DNA of 64,000 bases from Faecalibacterium sp. GTDB lineage: Bacteria > Bacillota > Clostridia > Oscillospirales > Ruminococcaceae. The notes under the pieces are model-generated. The model was not told the origin of the DNA and did not search any database. It was given only the letters and a program-made list of their open reading frames with translations. Shown in pieces: positions 25,091 through 33,395 of the stretch (within the stretch, counting starts at the first letter, position 1; each line of letters begins with the position of its first letter). The stretch lies in the NCBI GenBank assembly GCA_050873025.1, contig JBNMHZ010000015.1, forward strand, positions 15-64,014, given 5' to 3'. The position numbers and the translations under genes were made by a program.

Positions 25091-25209
25091 CTGAAAGGGT
25101 CGGAAAGGTCAACATCGGGATGCAGTGAGGCGGTTTATTTCGGGATATATATTTGTTCGTGGAGCGGGCTGTATCTGCTTTTTCTTTACCGCCGATTTGC
25201 GGGAAGTGA

Positions 25210-25238
25210 TTGCATTTCATCTGCAATGTGTTTATAAT
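25210..25238 (+). promoter_or_regulatory. Putative sigma-A promoter of the TAXI-gltS operon
   Basis: TTGCAT, 17 nt, TATAAT, about 45 nt upstream of the start. Confidence 0.5.
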
Positions 25239-25280
25239 TTACCATGAAAACTCTGCCGCACTGCGGCGGCAGGAAGAGGA

Positions 25281-26267
25281 GTGGTAATTTTGAAAAAGAA
25301 ATGGATCGCAGCGGCGCTGGCCGGGGCTTTGCTGGCAGCGGTGCTGCTGAGCGGGTGCGCATCGGCCAAGGTTGTCAAGCGGCTGCGCTTTGGTGTGGCT
25401 GGTGAAGGCGGTGTTTACCGGGAGTTTGGCGAACTGTTTGCTGCGCTGCAGAACGAGACAGACAATGGAACCGTTGAGCTGAAAGCCACCGCCGGTTCGG
25501 CGGCGAACCTGCGCCTGCTGACCGGCGAATACCTGCAGCTGGCCATTGCGCAGGCTGACCTTGTCCAGGACGCCTATAACCAGACCGGCATCTTCAAGGA
25601 TGAAGAGGAGACCCGTGGCTTTGGTGCCGTGGCGGCGCTGTACACCGAGACCTGTCAGGTGGTGGTGCGGGTGGACTCCGGCATTGAAACGGTGGAGGAC
25701 CTGCAGGGCAAAACCGTGAGCATCGGCGCGGAGGAATCCGGCTCGGAGCAGAATGCAAAGGAGATCTTGGCAGCTTATGGTCTGAATGAAAAGATGGTGG
25801 ACATGGTGAACCTGAACTATGAGGATGCCGCCGCCCAGCTGAAAGCGGGGAAGGTGGACGCCATCTTTATGACGGTGGGCGCGCCCAGCCCGGTGCTGAC
25901 CGAGCTGGCGGGCGAGTGCGGCATCCGTCTGCTGAATGTGGACGGTGCGGCAGCACAGCGCTTACAGAGCGCTTACAGCGCCTACAGCGCGGTCACACTG
26001 CCAGCAGGCACCTATCCCGGCCAGACCGAAAACGTGCAGACTGTGGGCGTAAAAGCCGTTCTGCTGGCAAGTGACGAGCTGCCTGCAAAGCAGGTGCAGA
26101 GTTTGACGGAACTGCTGTTCACAAACCGGGAAGAGATGGCACAGCAGCTGGGCATTCCGCTGGATACGGAAAAAGACGCAGTAGAGGGCGTTGGCATCCC
26201 GTTCCATGCGGGTGCAGCCGCATACTACAAGGCGGCAGGAATTACGGTCGAGTCGGCCGGGAACTGA
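25281..26267 (+). CDS. TAXI-family (TRAP-associated) extracytoplasmic solute-binding lipoprotein
   Basis: 328 aa, starting at GTG 25281 or TTG 25290. Has the lipobox LLSGCAS and the TAXI signature RLRFGVAGEGGVYREFG. The remainder is family-like (VSIGAEESGSEQNA, FMTVGAPSPVL, IPFHAGAAAYY). Confidence 0.8.
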   Translation: MVILKKKWIAAALAGALLAAVLLSGCASAKVVKRLRFGVAGEGGVYREFGELFAALQNETDNGTVELKATAGSAANLRLLTGEYLQLAIAQADLVQDAYNQTGIFKDEEETRGFGAVAALYTETCQVVVRVDSGIETVEDLQGKTVSIGAEESGSEQNAKEILAAYGLNEKMVDMVNLNYEDAAAQLKAGKVDAIFMTVGAPSPVLTELAGECGIRLLNVDGAAAQRLQSAYSAYSAVTLPAGTYPGQTENVQTVGVKAVLLASDELPAKQVQSLTELLFTNREEMAQQLGIPLDTEKDAVEGVGIPFHAGAAAYYKAAGITVESAGN

Positions 26268-26280
26268 GGGAAAGTGAGCA

Positions 26281-27468
26281 ATGAAGATCGAATTGGATAT
26301 GTATCAGACACTGGCCATTGCGGTGCTGGTGCTGATGCTGGGCAAGTTTCTGCGGGCAAGGGTGCAGGTGCTGGAGCGCTTCTGCATCCCGGCACCCGTC
26401 ATTGGCGGCGTGCTGTTCGCCATTTTTACCTGTGTGTGCTACGTGACCGGCGTGGCCGAGTTTGCGTTTGACGATACCCTGAAAGAGGTCTGCATGGTGA
26501 TGTTCTTCACCTCGGTGGGCTTTCAGGCGAACCTCAAGGTGCTGAAAAGCGGCGGCAAGTCCATGATCGTATTTCTGGGCGTGGTGATCGTGCTGATCGT
26601 GAGCCAGAACTTTCTGGCTGTGGGGCTGGCAAAGCTGCTGGGCGTGGATGCTTTGGTGGGCCTTTGCACCGGCTCCATCCCCATGGTGGGCGGCCACGGC
26701 ACGGCCGGTGCTTTTGGCCCGGTGCTGGAGGATTTTGGCATTCAGGGTGCAACCACCCTGTGCACGGCAGCGGCCACCTACGGTCTGATTGCGGGCAGCA
26801 TGATGGGCGGCCCCCTTGGCAAAATGCTCATTGAGCGGCACAATCTGCTGGCCACCGTGGTGCCGGAGGATGACAGCCTGCTGGTGGAAGAAGAAATGAA
26901 GCACGAGCGCCACACCACCATGTACCCGGCAGCAAGTTTCCAGCTCATCATCGCAATGGGCATCGGCACGGTGCTCTCGAAGCTGCTGAGCCTGACGGGC
27001 ATGACCTTCCCCATCTACATCGGTGCCATGATCGCGGCGGCCATCATCCGCAATGTGGGTGAATACGGCGGCGGCTACACCGTGTATATGGGCGAGATCA
27101 ACGATATCGGCGGTATCTGCCTTTCGCTGTTCCTGGGCATGGCCATGATCACCCTGAAGCTGTGGCAGCTGGCCGAGCTGGCCCTGCCGCTGATCGTGCT
27201 GCTGGCAGGCCAGACGGTGTTTATGATGCTGTATGTGGTGCTGGTGGTGTTCAACATCATGGGCCGCGATTACGATGCAGCGGTCATCGTATCCGGCACC
27301 TGCGGCTTCGGCATGGGTGCAACCCCCAACGCTATGGCGAATATGCAGGCCATCTGCGATAAGTATTCGCCTTCGGTCAAGGCGTATCTGCTGATCCCGC
27401 TGGTGGGCAGCCTGTTTGCGGATTTCCTGAACAGTTTGGTCATTACCGTGTTCATCAATTTTATCTGA
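26281..27468 (+). CDS. gltS: Sodium/glutamate symporter GltS
   Basis: 395 aa, about 10-12 TM segments. The N-terminus (LDMYQTLAIAVLVLMLGKFLRARVQVLERFCIPAPVIGG) and the FGMGATPNAMANMQA motif are typical of GltS. Confidence 0.88.
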   Translation: MKIELDMYQTLAIAVLVLMLGKFLRARVQVLERFCIPAPVIGGVLFAIFTCVCYVTGVAEFAFDDTLKEVCMVMFFTSVGFQANLKVLKSGGKSMIVFLGVVIVLIVSQNFLAVGLAKLLGVDALVGLCTGSIPMVGGHGTAGAFGPVLEDFGIQGATTLCTAAATYGLIAGSMMGGPLGKMLIERHNLLATVVPEDDSLLVEEEMKHERHTTMYPAASFQLIIAMGIGTVLSKLLSLTGMTFPIYIGAMIAAAIIRNVGEYGGGYTVYMGEINDIGGICLSLFLGMAMITLKLWQLAELALPLIVLLAGQTVFMMLYVVLVVFNIMGRDYDAAVIVSGTCGFGMGATPNAMANMQAICDKYSPSVKAYLLIPLVGSLFADFLNSLVITVFINFI

Positions 27469-27523
27469 ATCTGATTGTTTGCAGTTCGGGCGGGGCTTCC
27501 GCACCGGGAAAGGAGACGTGCAA

Positions 27524-27739
27524 ATGTCGCTTCATCACCATCTGAAAATGTGGCTGCAGCAGAAGCTGTGGAAAAAGCAGGAGCATGACCATGCAGAAGA
27601 AACGGTGGCTGTGCCGGAGGTACATACCGGCAAGGTGGCACACCATACGGATGCAAACGGCACACCGGCAGCGGATAAGCCCATCCATTACGACAATGTG
27701 GCCATCCCGGAAGTGCACATCCACCCGAGACACAAATAA
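27524..27739 (+). CDS. Small His-rich hypothetical protein
   Basis: The ATG at 27524 follows AAAGGAG. 71 aa with 11 His and an internal duplicated motif (VAVPEVHTGK / VAIPEVHIHP). Confidence 0.4.
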   Translation: MSLHHHLKMWLQQKLWKKQEHDHAEETVAVPEVHTGKVAHHTDANGTPAADKPIHYDNVAIPEVHIHPRHK

Positions 27740-27755
27740 CTCCTATTGTGAAAAG

Positions 27756-27881
27756 GCGTTTGGAGCGGCCCTGCGGTTGCACAGCAATAAAAGCCCCAGT
27801 GGGGCTTTTAAGCAGGCGAGTGGTCTGCGTTAGCAGATGGAAGGGCTTTGCCCTGACAAACGTCGGGGCCGCTCCAAACGC
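27756..27881. repeat. 16-bp inverted repeat pair enclosing a small terminator hairpin
   Basis: GCGTTTGGAGCGGCCC (27756-27771) pairs with GGGCCGCTCCAAACGC (27866-27881). An inner hairpin AAAAGCCCC-agt-GGGGCTTTT lies at 27788-27809. Confidence 0.7.
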
Positions 27882-27894
27882 GAATAAAAAAGAA

Positions 27895-27945
27895 AGCTTC
27901 TACTGAAGATAGCCAGAGCGAATGCGGAGGCTATTTAAAATCGTA
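27895..27945 (-). repeat. R1 repeat, copy e
   Basis: The minus strand reads tacgattttaaatagcctccgcattcgctctgg. It is co-oriented with the NCS2 permease gene but lies beyond that gene's terminator. Confidence 0.7.
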
Positions 27946-27951
27946 GGCAGC

Positions 27952-27986
27952 AAAAAACTCCCGTCCGATAGGACGGGAGTTTTTTG
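27952..27986. terminator. Bidirectional Rho-independent terminator
   Basis: AAAAAACTCCCGTCC-gata-GGACGGGAGTTTTTT. Confidence 0.8.
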
Positions 27987-28010
27987 TTTTATGCGAAGGA
28001 ATAATAAATC

Positions 28011-29381
28011 TTAGAGGAACACGTACTTGAGGATGAACAGCACGGTCAGCACGTACATCAGGGGGCTGATCTTCTTCTCCTTGGCCTTGCCGGTGACCAC
28101 GTTGATGATGGTCCAGGAGATGACGCCGATGGCGATGCCCTCAGAGATGCTGTAAGCAGTGGGCATGGCCAGAATGGTGAGGAAAGCGGGGATGCCCTCG
28201 CTGGGGTCATTGAAGTCGATCTTAACGGCAGAACCCATCATGTAGAAGCCCACGATGATCAGGGCAGGAGCCGTTGCAAAAGAAGGAATGGTGAGGAACA
28301 GCGGGCTGAAGATGGTAGCCAGCAGGAACAGGATGCCGGTGGTCATGGCAGTCAGACCGGTGCGGCCGCCCTCGGTGACGCCGGAAGCGCTCTCCACGAA
28401 GGTGGTGGTGGTGGAAGTGCCCAGCACAGCGCCTGCGCAGGTGGCAATGGAGTCGGCCATCAGAGCGCCCTTGATGTGGGGCAGCTTGCCGTCCTCGTCC
28501 AGCATGTCGGCCTTGGAAGCAACACCGATCAGGGTGCCCAGGGTGTCGAACAGGTCAACGAACAGGAAGGAGAACATGACGGCGAAGAAGTTCAGGATGC
28601 CCACGCCGGAGAAATCGGTCTTGAACACCTGACCAAAGGTCTTGCCCAGTGCAGAGAAATCGAAGCTGACGAATGCGGTGGGGATGACCGAGTACATACC
28701 GGCATCGGGGTTCGGCACATAGATGCCGGTCAGCTCGCAGAGAATGCCCAGCACCCAGGTGATGAGGATGCCGTACAGGATGCCGCCCTTGACATGCTTG
28801 ACCAGCAGGATGGCAGTGATGACGATGCCCAGCAGAGCCAGGATGGCACCCACGCCCACGCTGGAGAAGGTCTCGCCCTTGAAGTGCTGGTAGGTGACCA
28901 GGGTGGAATCACTGTTGACGATCAGCTTTGCATTCTGCAGGCCGACGAAAGCAACGAACAGGCCGATGCCCACGCTGACGGCGCTCTTGAGGGTCATGGG
29001 GATGGCGTTGAAGATGCCCTCGCGGACATTAGTGAGGGACAGTACGATGAAGATGATGCCCTCCACAAAGACGGCCATCAGGGCCAGCTGCCAGCTATAG
29101 CCCATGGTGAGCACGACGGTGTAGGAGAAGTAGGCGTTCAGGCCCATGCCGGGAGCCAGTGCAAACGGATAGTTGGCAAGCAGTGCCATGAGGGCGGTGC
29201 CAACAAAGGATGCCAGTGCGGTGGCGATCAGAACAGCCTCAGAATCCATGCCGGAAGCGGACAGGATGTTGGGGTTGACCGCAAGGATGTAGGCCATGGT
29301 CATGAAGGTGGTGATACCAGCCATGATCTCGGTCTTAGCATCGGTGTGGTTTTCTTTCAGATGAAAGATGTTTTCTAACAT
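28011..29381 (-). CDS. NCS2-family purine (adenine/guanine/hypoxanthine) permease (AzgA/PbuG-like)
   Basis: 456 aa. The N-terminus FHLKENHTDAKTEIMAGITTFMTMAYILAVNP is typical. About 13 TM segments. An AGGAGG RBS is present. Confidence 0.88.
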   Translation of the reverse strand: MLENIFHLKENHTDAKTEIMAGITTFMTMAYILAVNPNILSASGMDSEAVLIATALASFVGTALMALLANYPFALAPGMGLNAYFSYTVVLTMGYSWQLALMAVFVEGIIFIVLSLTNVREGIFNAIPMTLKSAVSVGIGLFVAFVGLQNAKLIVNSDSTLVTYQHFKGETFSSVGVGAILALLGIVITAILLVKHVKGGILYGILITWVLGILCELTGIYVPNPDAGMYSVIPTAFVSFDFSALGKTFGQVFKTDFSGVGILNFFAVMFSFLFVDLFDTLGTLIGVASKADMLDEDGKLPHIKGALMADSIATCAGAVLGTSTTTTFVESASGVTEGGRTGLTAMTTGILFLLATIFSPLFLTIPSFATAPALIIVGFYMMGSAVKIDFNDPSEGIPAFLTILAMPTAYSISEGIAIGVISWTIINVVTGKAKEKKISPLMYVLTVLFILKYVFL

Positions 29382-29763
29382 GAAGAACCTCCTGATTTCA
29401 AATAAAATAACCCGCCAGTGGGAAACAGCGGGAAAGAACAGAACCTATTGTAGCATTTTTGGCTTGGGTTTGTCCACGGAATAAACACACTTTTTTCATT
29501 TTTTGTCCAAAATTGACGAATGAGTATGACTTTGAAGCTTTTCGGCGGGTTTGCCACAACTTTCCGGTGAGAAAAATGCAGGAATTTTGAGATGCGCGAT
29601 AATGCGCATTATTTTTTACAGTAAAAATATACAAAATGGAATTAATGCTGCGGAATGTACAGCTTGGCCCTGAAAAAGTACGCACTGTTGATGCGGCGTG
29701 GCAGGTGGTATCCTTTTGCCATAGCCCAGCACATCCGGGCGGAAAGGAGCTGGTACCCACATC

Positions 29764-30045
29764 ATGAGCCAGACAAAACAGGCCAATGGGCTGGCAAGCC
29801 TGAGCCGTGCCACCGATACATTGAGCACCCTGCTGGCACAGCAGGTCCGGGAATTGAACGCCCGCCAGAAAGCGGCAAAAAAGGAAGGCTCATCCAATGC
29901 AGGCACCATGAAGGACCTGAAAGAGGCAACAGCGGTGCTCAAGGATCTGGCCGGAGTGGCCAAGACCCTGAACGACCAGGGCGCACAGGCGGAGGAAGCC
30001 GCGTGCGGCGTGGTGCTGCTGCCGGCTGTGGAGGAAGAACCATGA
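29764..30045 (+). CDS. Putative short terminase small subunit-like protein
   Basis: 93 aa, helical/coiled-coil, ending in GVVLLPAVEEEP. Its stop overlaps the terL start (ATGA at 30042-30045). No HTH was seen. An in-frame TAG lies at 29722. Confidence 0.35.
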   Translation: MSQTKQANGLASLSRATDTLSTLLAQQVRELNARQKAAKKEGSSNAGTMKDLKEATAVLKDLAGVAKTLNDQGAQAEEAACGVVLLPAVEEEP

Positions 30046-31490
30046 GCATTGCACAGAGCAGAGTGCCGGTGGTCTGGCGGCCCCAGCCGCGGCAGGCTGA
30101 ATTTATGAGCCGCCCGGAGCCGGAAGCGCTGTACGGCGGCGCGGCAGGCGGAGGCAAAAGCGACGCACTGGTGATCGAAGCGCTGCGGCAGGTGCACATC
30201 CCGCATTACCGGGCGCTGATCCTGCGCAAAACCTACCCGCAGTTGTCCGATCTGGTGGACAAAAGCCAGGTGTACTACCGCAGGGCTTTTCCGCAGGCGC
30301 AGTACAACGCCACGGCCCATGTGTGGACCTTCCCCAGCGGGGCAAAAATTTACTTTGGCTCCATGCAGTACACGAAAGACCGCACCAATTATCAGGGAAA
30401 GGCGTTTGATTTTATCGGTTTTGACGAGCTGACCCACTTTGAATGGGAAGAGTACAGCTACATGATGAGCCGCAACCGTCCCACCGGCCCGGGCACCCGG
30501 GTGTACATGCGGGCCACAACCAATCCCGGCGGCATCGGCCACGGATGGGTGAAGGCCCGGTTCATCACACCGGCCCCGCCCGGCACTCCTATCGTGGAGG
30601 AATACACCGTCAAGCGGCCGGATGGCACTGAGCAGAAGCTGCAAAGGGCGCGGGTGTTCATCCCGTCCAGCATCTTTGATAACCCGGCCCTGCTGGCCAA
30701 TGACCCCGGCTACCTTGCAAGCCTTGCGGGAATGCCGGAAGCCGAAAAGCAGGCCCTGCTCTACGGCAGCTGGGACAGCTTTTCCGGCCAGGTGTTCACC
30801 GAGTGGCGCAACGACCCGGCGCATTATCAGGACCAGCGCTGGACCCATGTGATCGCGCCGTTCACCATCCCGAAGCACTGGACCATCTACCGCGGGTTCG
30901 ACTTCGGTTTTGCAAAGCCCTTCTCGGTGGGGTGGTACGCCGCCGACGAGGACGGCAGGCTTTACCGCATCAAGGAGCTGTACGGCTGCACGGGCCGCCC
31001 CAACGAGGGCCTGCGCATCGACCCGGTGGAGCAGGCCCGGCGCATCCGGGAAGCGGAACAAAATGACCCGATGCTGCGGGGCCGGGTGATCCACGGCATT
31101 GCAGACCCGGCCATTTTTGACGAGAGCCGCGGCGAGAGCATCGCCGCCATGATGGAGCGGGCACCCAATTTCCTGCACTGGTCGCCGGGTGACCACACCC
31201 GCCTTGCAGGCAAGATGCAGTTCCACTACCGGCTGAACTTTGACGCCGACGGCAGGCCGATGCTGCAGGTGTTCAATACCTGCAAGCACTTCATCCGTAC
31301 CATTCCGAACCTTGTGTACGACGAGAGCAATGTGGAGGACATCGACACCCGGCAGGAGGATCATATTTACGATGAATGCCGCTATGTGCTGATGGAGAAT
31401 CCCATCAGCCCGCCGGTGCACTGTGCCGCGCCGCCCATGCCCGACGACCCGCTGGAACTGCACAAGCGGGCAAGATTTTACAGGATCTGA
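30042..31490 (+). CDS. Phage terminase large subunit
   Basis: 482 aa, starting at the ATG at 30042 within the longer ORF 29655-31490. Contains Walker A GGAAGGGKSD, Walker B FDFIGFDELTHF and coupling motif RATTNPGG. The C-terminal nuclease region has acidic residues (IADPAIFDES, EDHIYDECRY). Confidence 0.92.
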   Translation: MSIAQSRVPVVWRPQPRQAEFMSRPEPEALYGGAAGGGKSDALVIEALRQVHIPHYRALILRKTYPQLSDLVDKSQVYYRRAFPQAQYNATAHVWTFPSGAKIYFGSMQYTKDRTNYQGKAFDFIGFDELTHFEWEEYSYMMSRNRPTGPGTRVYMRATTNPGGIGHGWVKARFITPAPPGTPIVEEYTVKRPDGTEQKLQRARVFIPSSIFDNPALLANDPGYLASLAGMPEAEKQALLYGSWDSFSGQVFTEWRNDPAHYQDQRWTHVIAPFTIPKHWTIYRGFDFGFAKPFSVGWYAADEDGRLYRIKELYGCTGRPNEGLRIDPVEQARRIREAEQNDPMLRGRVIHGIADPAIFDESRGESIAAMMERAPNFLHWSPGDHTRLAGKMQFHYRLNFDADGRPMLQVFNTCKHFIRTIPNLVYDESNVEDIDTRQEDHIYDECRYVLMENPISPPVHCAAPPMPDDPLELHKRARFYRI

Positions 31491-31495
31491 CCCTC

Positions 31496-31545
31496 TCAGG
31501 CAGCGCTTGCAGGCGCTGACAGCTTTCCCAAAGGGGCGAGTTTAA
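31496..31545 (-). repeat. R4-type hairpin module inside the phage island (terL-portal spacer)
   Basis: The reverse complement cgcccctttgggaaagctgtcagcgcctgcaagcgctg resembles 151-185 (ccccctcgggggaagctgtcaccgcaggtgac). Confidence 0.45.
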
Positions 31546-31567
31546 AAAGATGAAAAGGAGAAACGCG

Positions 31568-33379
31568 ATGGACGATTACGAGAACGACGCTTTGCCGGTG
31601 GGCGAAGCACAGGTGGCCGAGGCCATGCAGACCTTGCAGCGCTACAAGGCGGGCAAGGCCGCACTGGACAAGCGTCTGGTAGACAACGAGCTGTGGTTCC
31701 GCATGGGCCACTGGAAGAACTACAAGAACCCTATGATGCCCGGCAAGGCCCAGCCTTCCAGCGGGTGGCTGTTCAACAGCATTGCCAACAAGCACGCCGA
31801 CGCCATGGACAACTATCCGGAACCCAACGTGCTGCCCCGGGCGGCAGACGACGAGGACACGGCCCGTGCACTTTCCAGCGTTTTGCCGGTGGTGCTGGAA
31901 CAGGCGGACTACGAGCAGGTGTACAGCGACTGCTGGTGGCGCAAGCTCAAACAGGGCACCGGTGTGACCGGCATCTTCTGGGATGCACAGATGCGCGGCG
32001 GCATTGGCGACATTGCGGTGCGCAGCGTGAACCTGCTAATGCTCTACTGGGAGCCGGGCGTGGCGGATATTCAGGATTCGCCGGACTTTTTCAGCCTGAG
32101 CCTGGAGGATACGGCCCGGCTGTGCGCCCAGTACCCGCAGCTGCGGGGCCGCACGGCAGGCATTGTGGACGTGCCCCGCTACATCCACGACGAAGGGCAG
32201 GACACTGGCTCCAAGAGCGTGGTGGTGGACTGGTACTACAAGCGTCCGGACGAAAATGGCCGCATGGTGCTGCACTACTGCAAGTTCTGCAACGGTGTGG
32301 TGCTGTATGCAAGCCAGAATGACCCGGCACTGGCCGAGCGGGGCCTGTACGACCATGGGCAGTACCCCTTTGTGTTCGACCCGCTGTTTGTGGAAGAGGA
32401 CAGCCCGGCGGGCTTTGGCTACATCGACGTAATGAAGGACTGCCAGACCGCCATCGACAAGATGAACCACGCCATGGACGAGAACGTGCTGCTCTCGGCC
32501 AAGCAGCGGTATGTGCTCAGCGACACGGCAGGCGTGAATGAAGAAGAACTGGCCGATTTCAGCCGGGACATCGTGCATGTGGCGGGCCGCCTGAATGATG
32601 ACAGTTTTCGTCCGCTGCAGACGGCGGGCCTGCAGGGCAACAGCCTGAGCTACCGCCAGAGCCGCATTGAGGAGCTGAAGGAGATCAGCGGCAACCGCGA
32701 TATGACCCAGGGCGGCACCACCGGCGGTGTGACAGCCGCAAGTGCCATTGCGGCATTGCAGGAAGCGGGCAGCAAACTTTCCCGCGATATGCTCAAGAGC
32801 GCTTACCGGGCTTTTGCAAAGCAGTGCTACCTCATCATTGAGCTGATGCGCCAGTTCTACGACGAACAGAGAGTGTTCCGCATCGTGGGAGCGGGCGGCG
32901 AGAATCAGTTTGTGCCTTTCTCAGCTGCGGCACTGCGGGCTGTGCCCGGCGGCAGTGTGGGCGGTGTGGAGCTGGGCAGCCGGGAACCCATCTTTGATAT
33001 CGTGGTGAGCGCCGCCAAGAAGAGCACCTTCAGCCGCCTTTCCCAGAACGAGACGGCCAAGGAGTGCTACCAGCTGGGGTTCTTCCGGCCGGAAAATGCC
33101 GACGCGGCCCTTGCCGCGCTGGACATGATGGACTTTGAAGGTATTGAAAAAGTGCGTCAGCGGGTACAGCAGAACGGCACCCTTGCCCAGCAGCTGGCTC
33201 AGATGCAGCAGCAGATGGCACAGATGACGGCGGTGGTCCAGATGCAGGGCAGTGCTGCAGAACCGGCCCGCAGTGCAGGCGATGCGCCTGCGCAGGACAG
33301 CGGGCAGGCGGTGAAGCTGGCAGGCCTTGGCAATGCACTGCCGGTGGCCGCTGCTGCAAGAGCCATGGATTTCCATTAA
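31568..33379 (+). CDS. Phage portal protein
   Basis: 603 aa from the ATG at 31568 (AAAGGAG RBS). It sits immediately after terL. The size and the acidic/Gln-rich C-terminal extension are consistent with a portal. The family was not identified by eye. Confidence 0.7.
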   Translation: MDDYENDALPVGEAQVAEAMQTLQRYKAGKAALDKRLVDNELWFRMGHWKNYKNPMMPGKAQPSSGWLFNSIANKHADAMDNYPEPNVLPRAADDEDTARALSSVLPVVLEQADYEQVYSDCWWRKLKQGTGVTGIFWDAQMRGGIGDIAVRSVNLLMLYWEPGVADIQDSPDFFSLSLEDTARLCAQYPQLRGRTAGIVDVPRYIHDEGQDTGSKSVVVDWYYKRPDENGRMVLHYCKFCNGVVLYASQNDPALAERGLYDHGQYPFVFDPLFVEEDSPAGFGYIDVMKDCQTAIDKMNHAMDENVLLSAKQRYVLSDTAGVNEEELADFSRDIVHVAGRLNDDSFRPLQTAGLQGNSLSYRQSRIEELKEISGNRDMTQGGTTGGVTAASAIAALQEAGSKLSRDMLKSAYRAFAKQCYLIIELMRQFYDEQRVFRIVGAGGENQFVPFSAAALRAVPGGSVGGVELGSREPIFDIVVSAAKKSTFSRLSQNETAKECYQLGFFRPENADAALAALDMMDFEGIEKVRQRVQQNGTLAQQLAQMQQQMAQMTAVVQMQGSAAEPARSAGDAPAQDSGQAVKLAGLGNALPVAAAARAMDFH

Positions 33380-33395
33380 AAAGGAGGTGAGAACG

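Noticed and set aside
29411-29432. A possible left att site of the phage island (CCCACTGG on the minus strand, matching 8-9 nt of the tRNA-His 3' end).
   Set aside because: The match is only 8-9 nt, diverges immediately after it, and is in the opposite orientation to units A and B. The sequence is better explained as a leader hairpin of the permease gene.
29400-29600. A purine (guanine/adenine) riboswitch upstream of the NCS2 permease.
   Set aside because: The reverse-complement leader lacks the conserved J1/2, L2/L3 and J2/3 sequences of the purine riboswitch.
29655-30041. The N-terminal 129 codons of the 611-aa ORF containing TerL.
   Set aside because: The extension is Arg/Gly/Pro-rich nonsense that overlaps the TerS-like gene in another frame. 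The ATG at 30042 forms a classical ATGA stop/start overlap and precedes the conserved TerL N-terminus.
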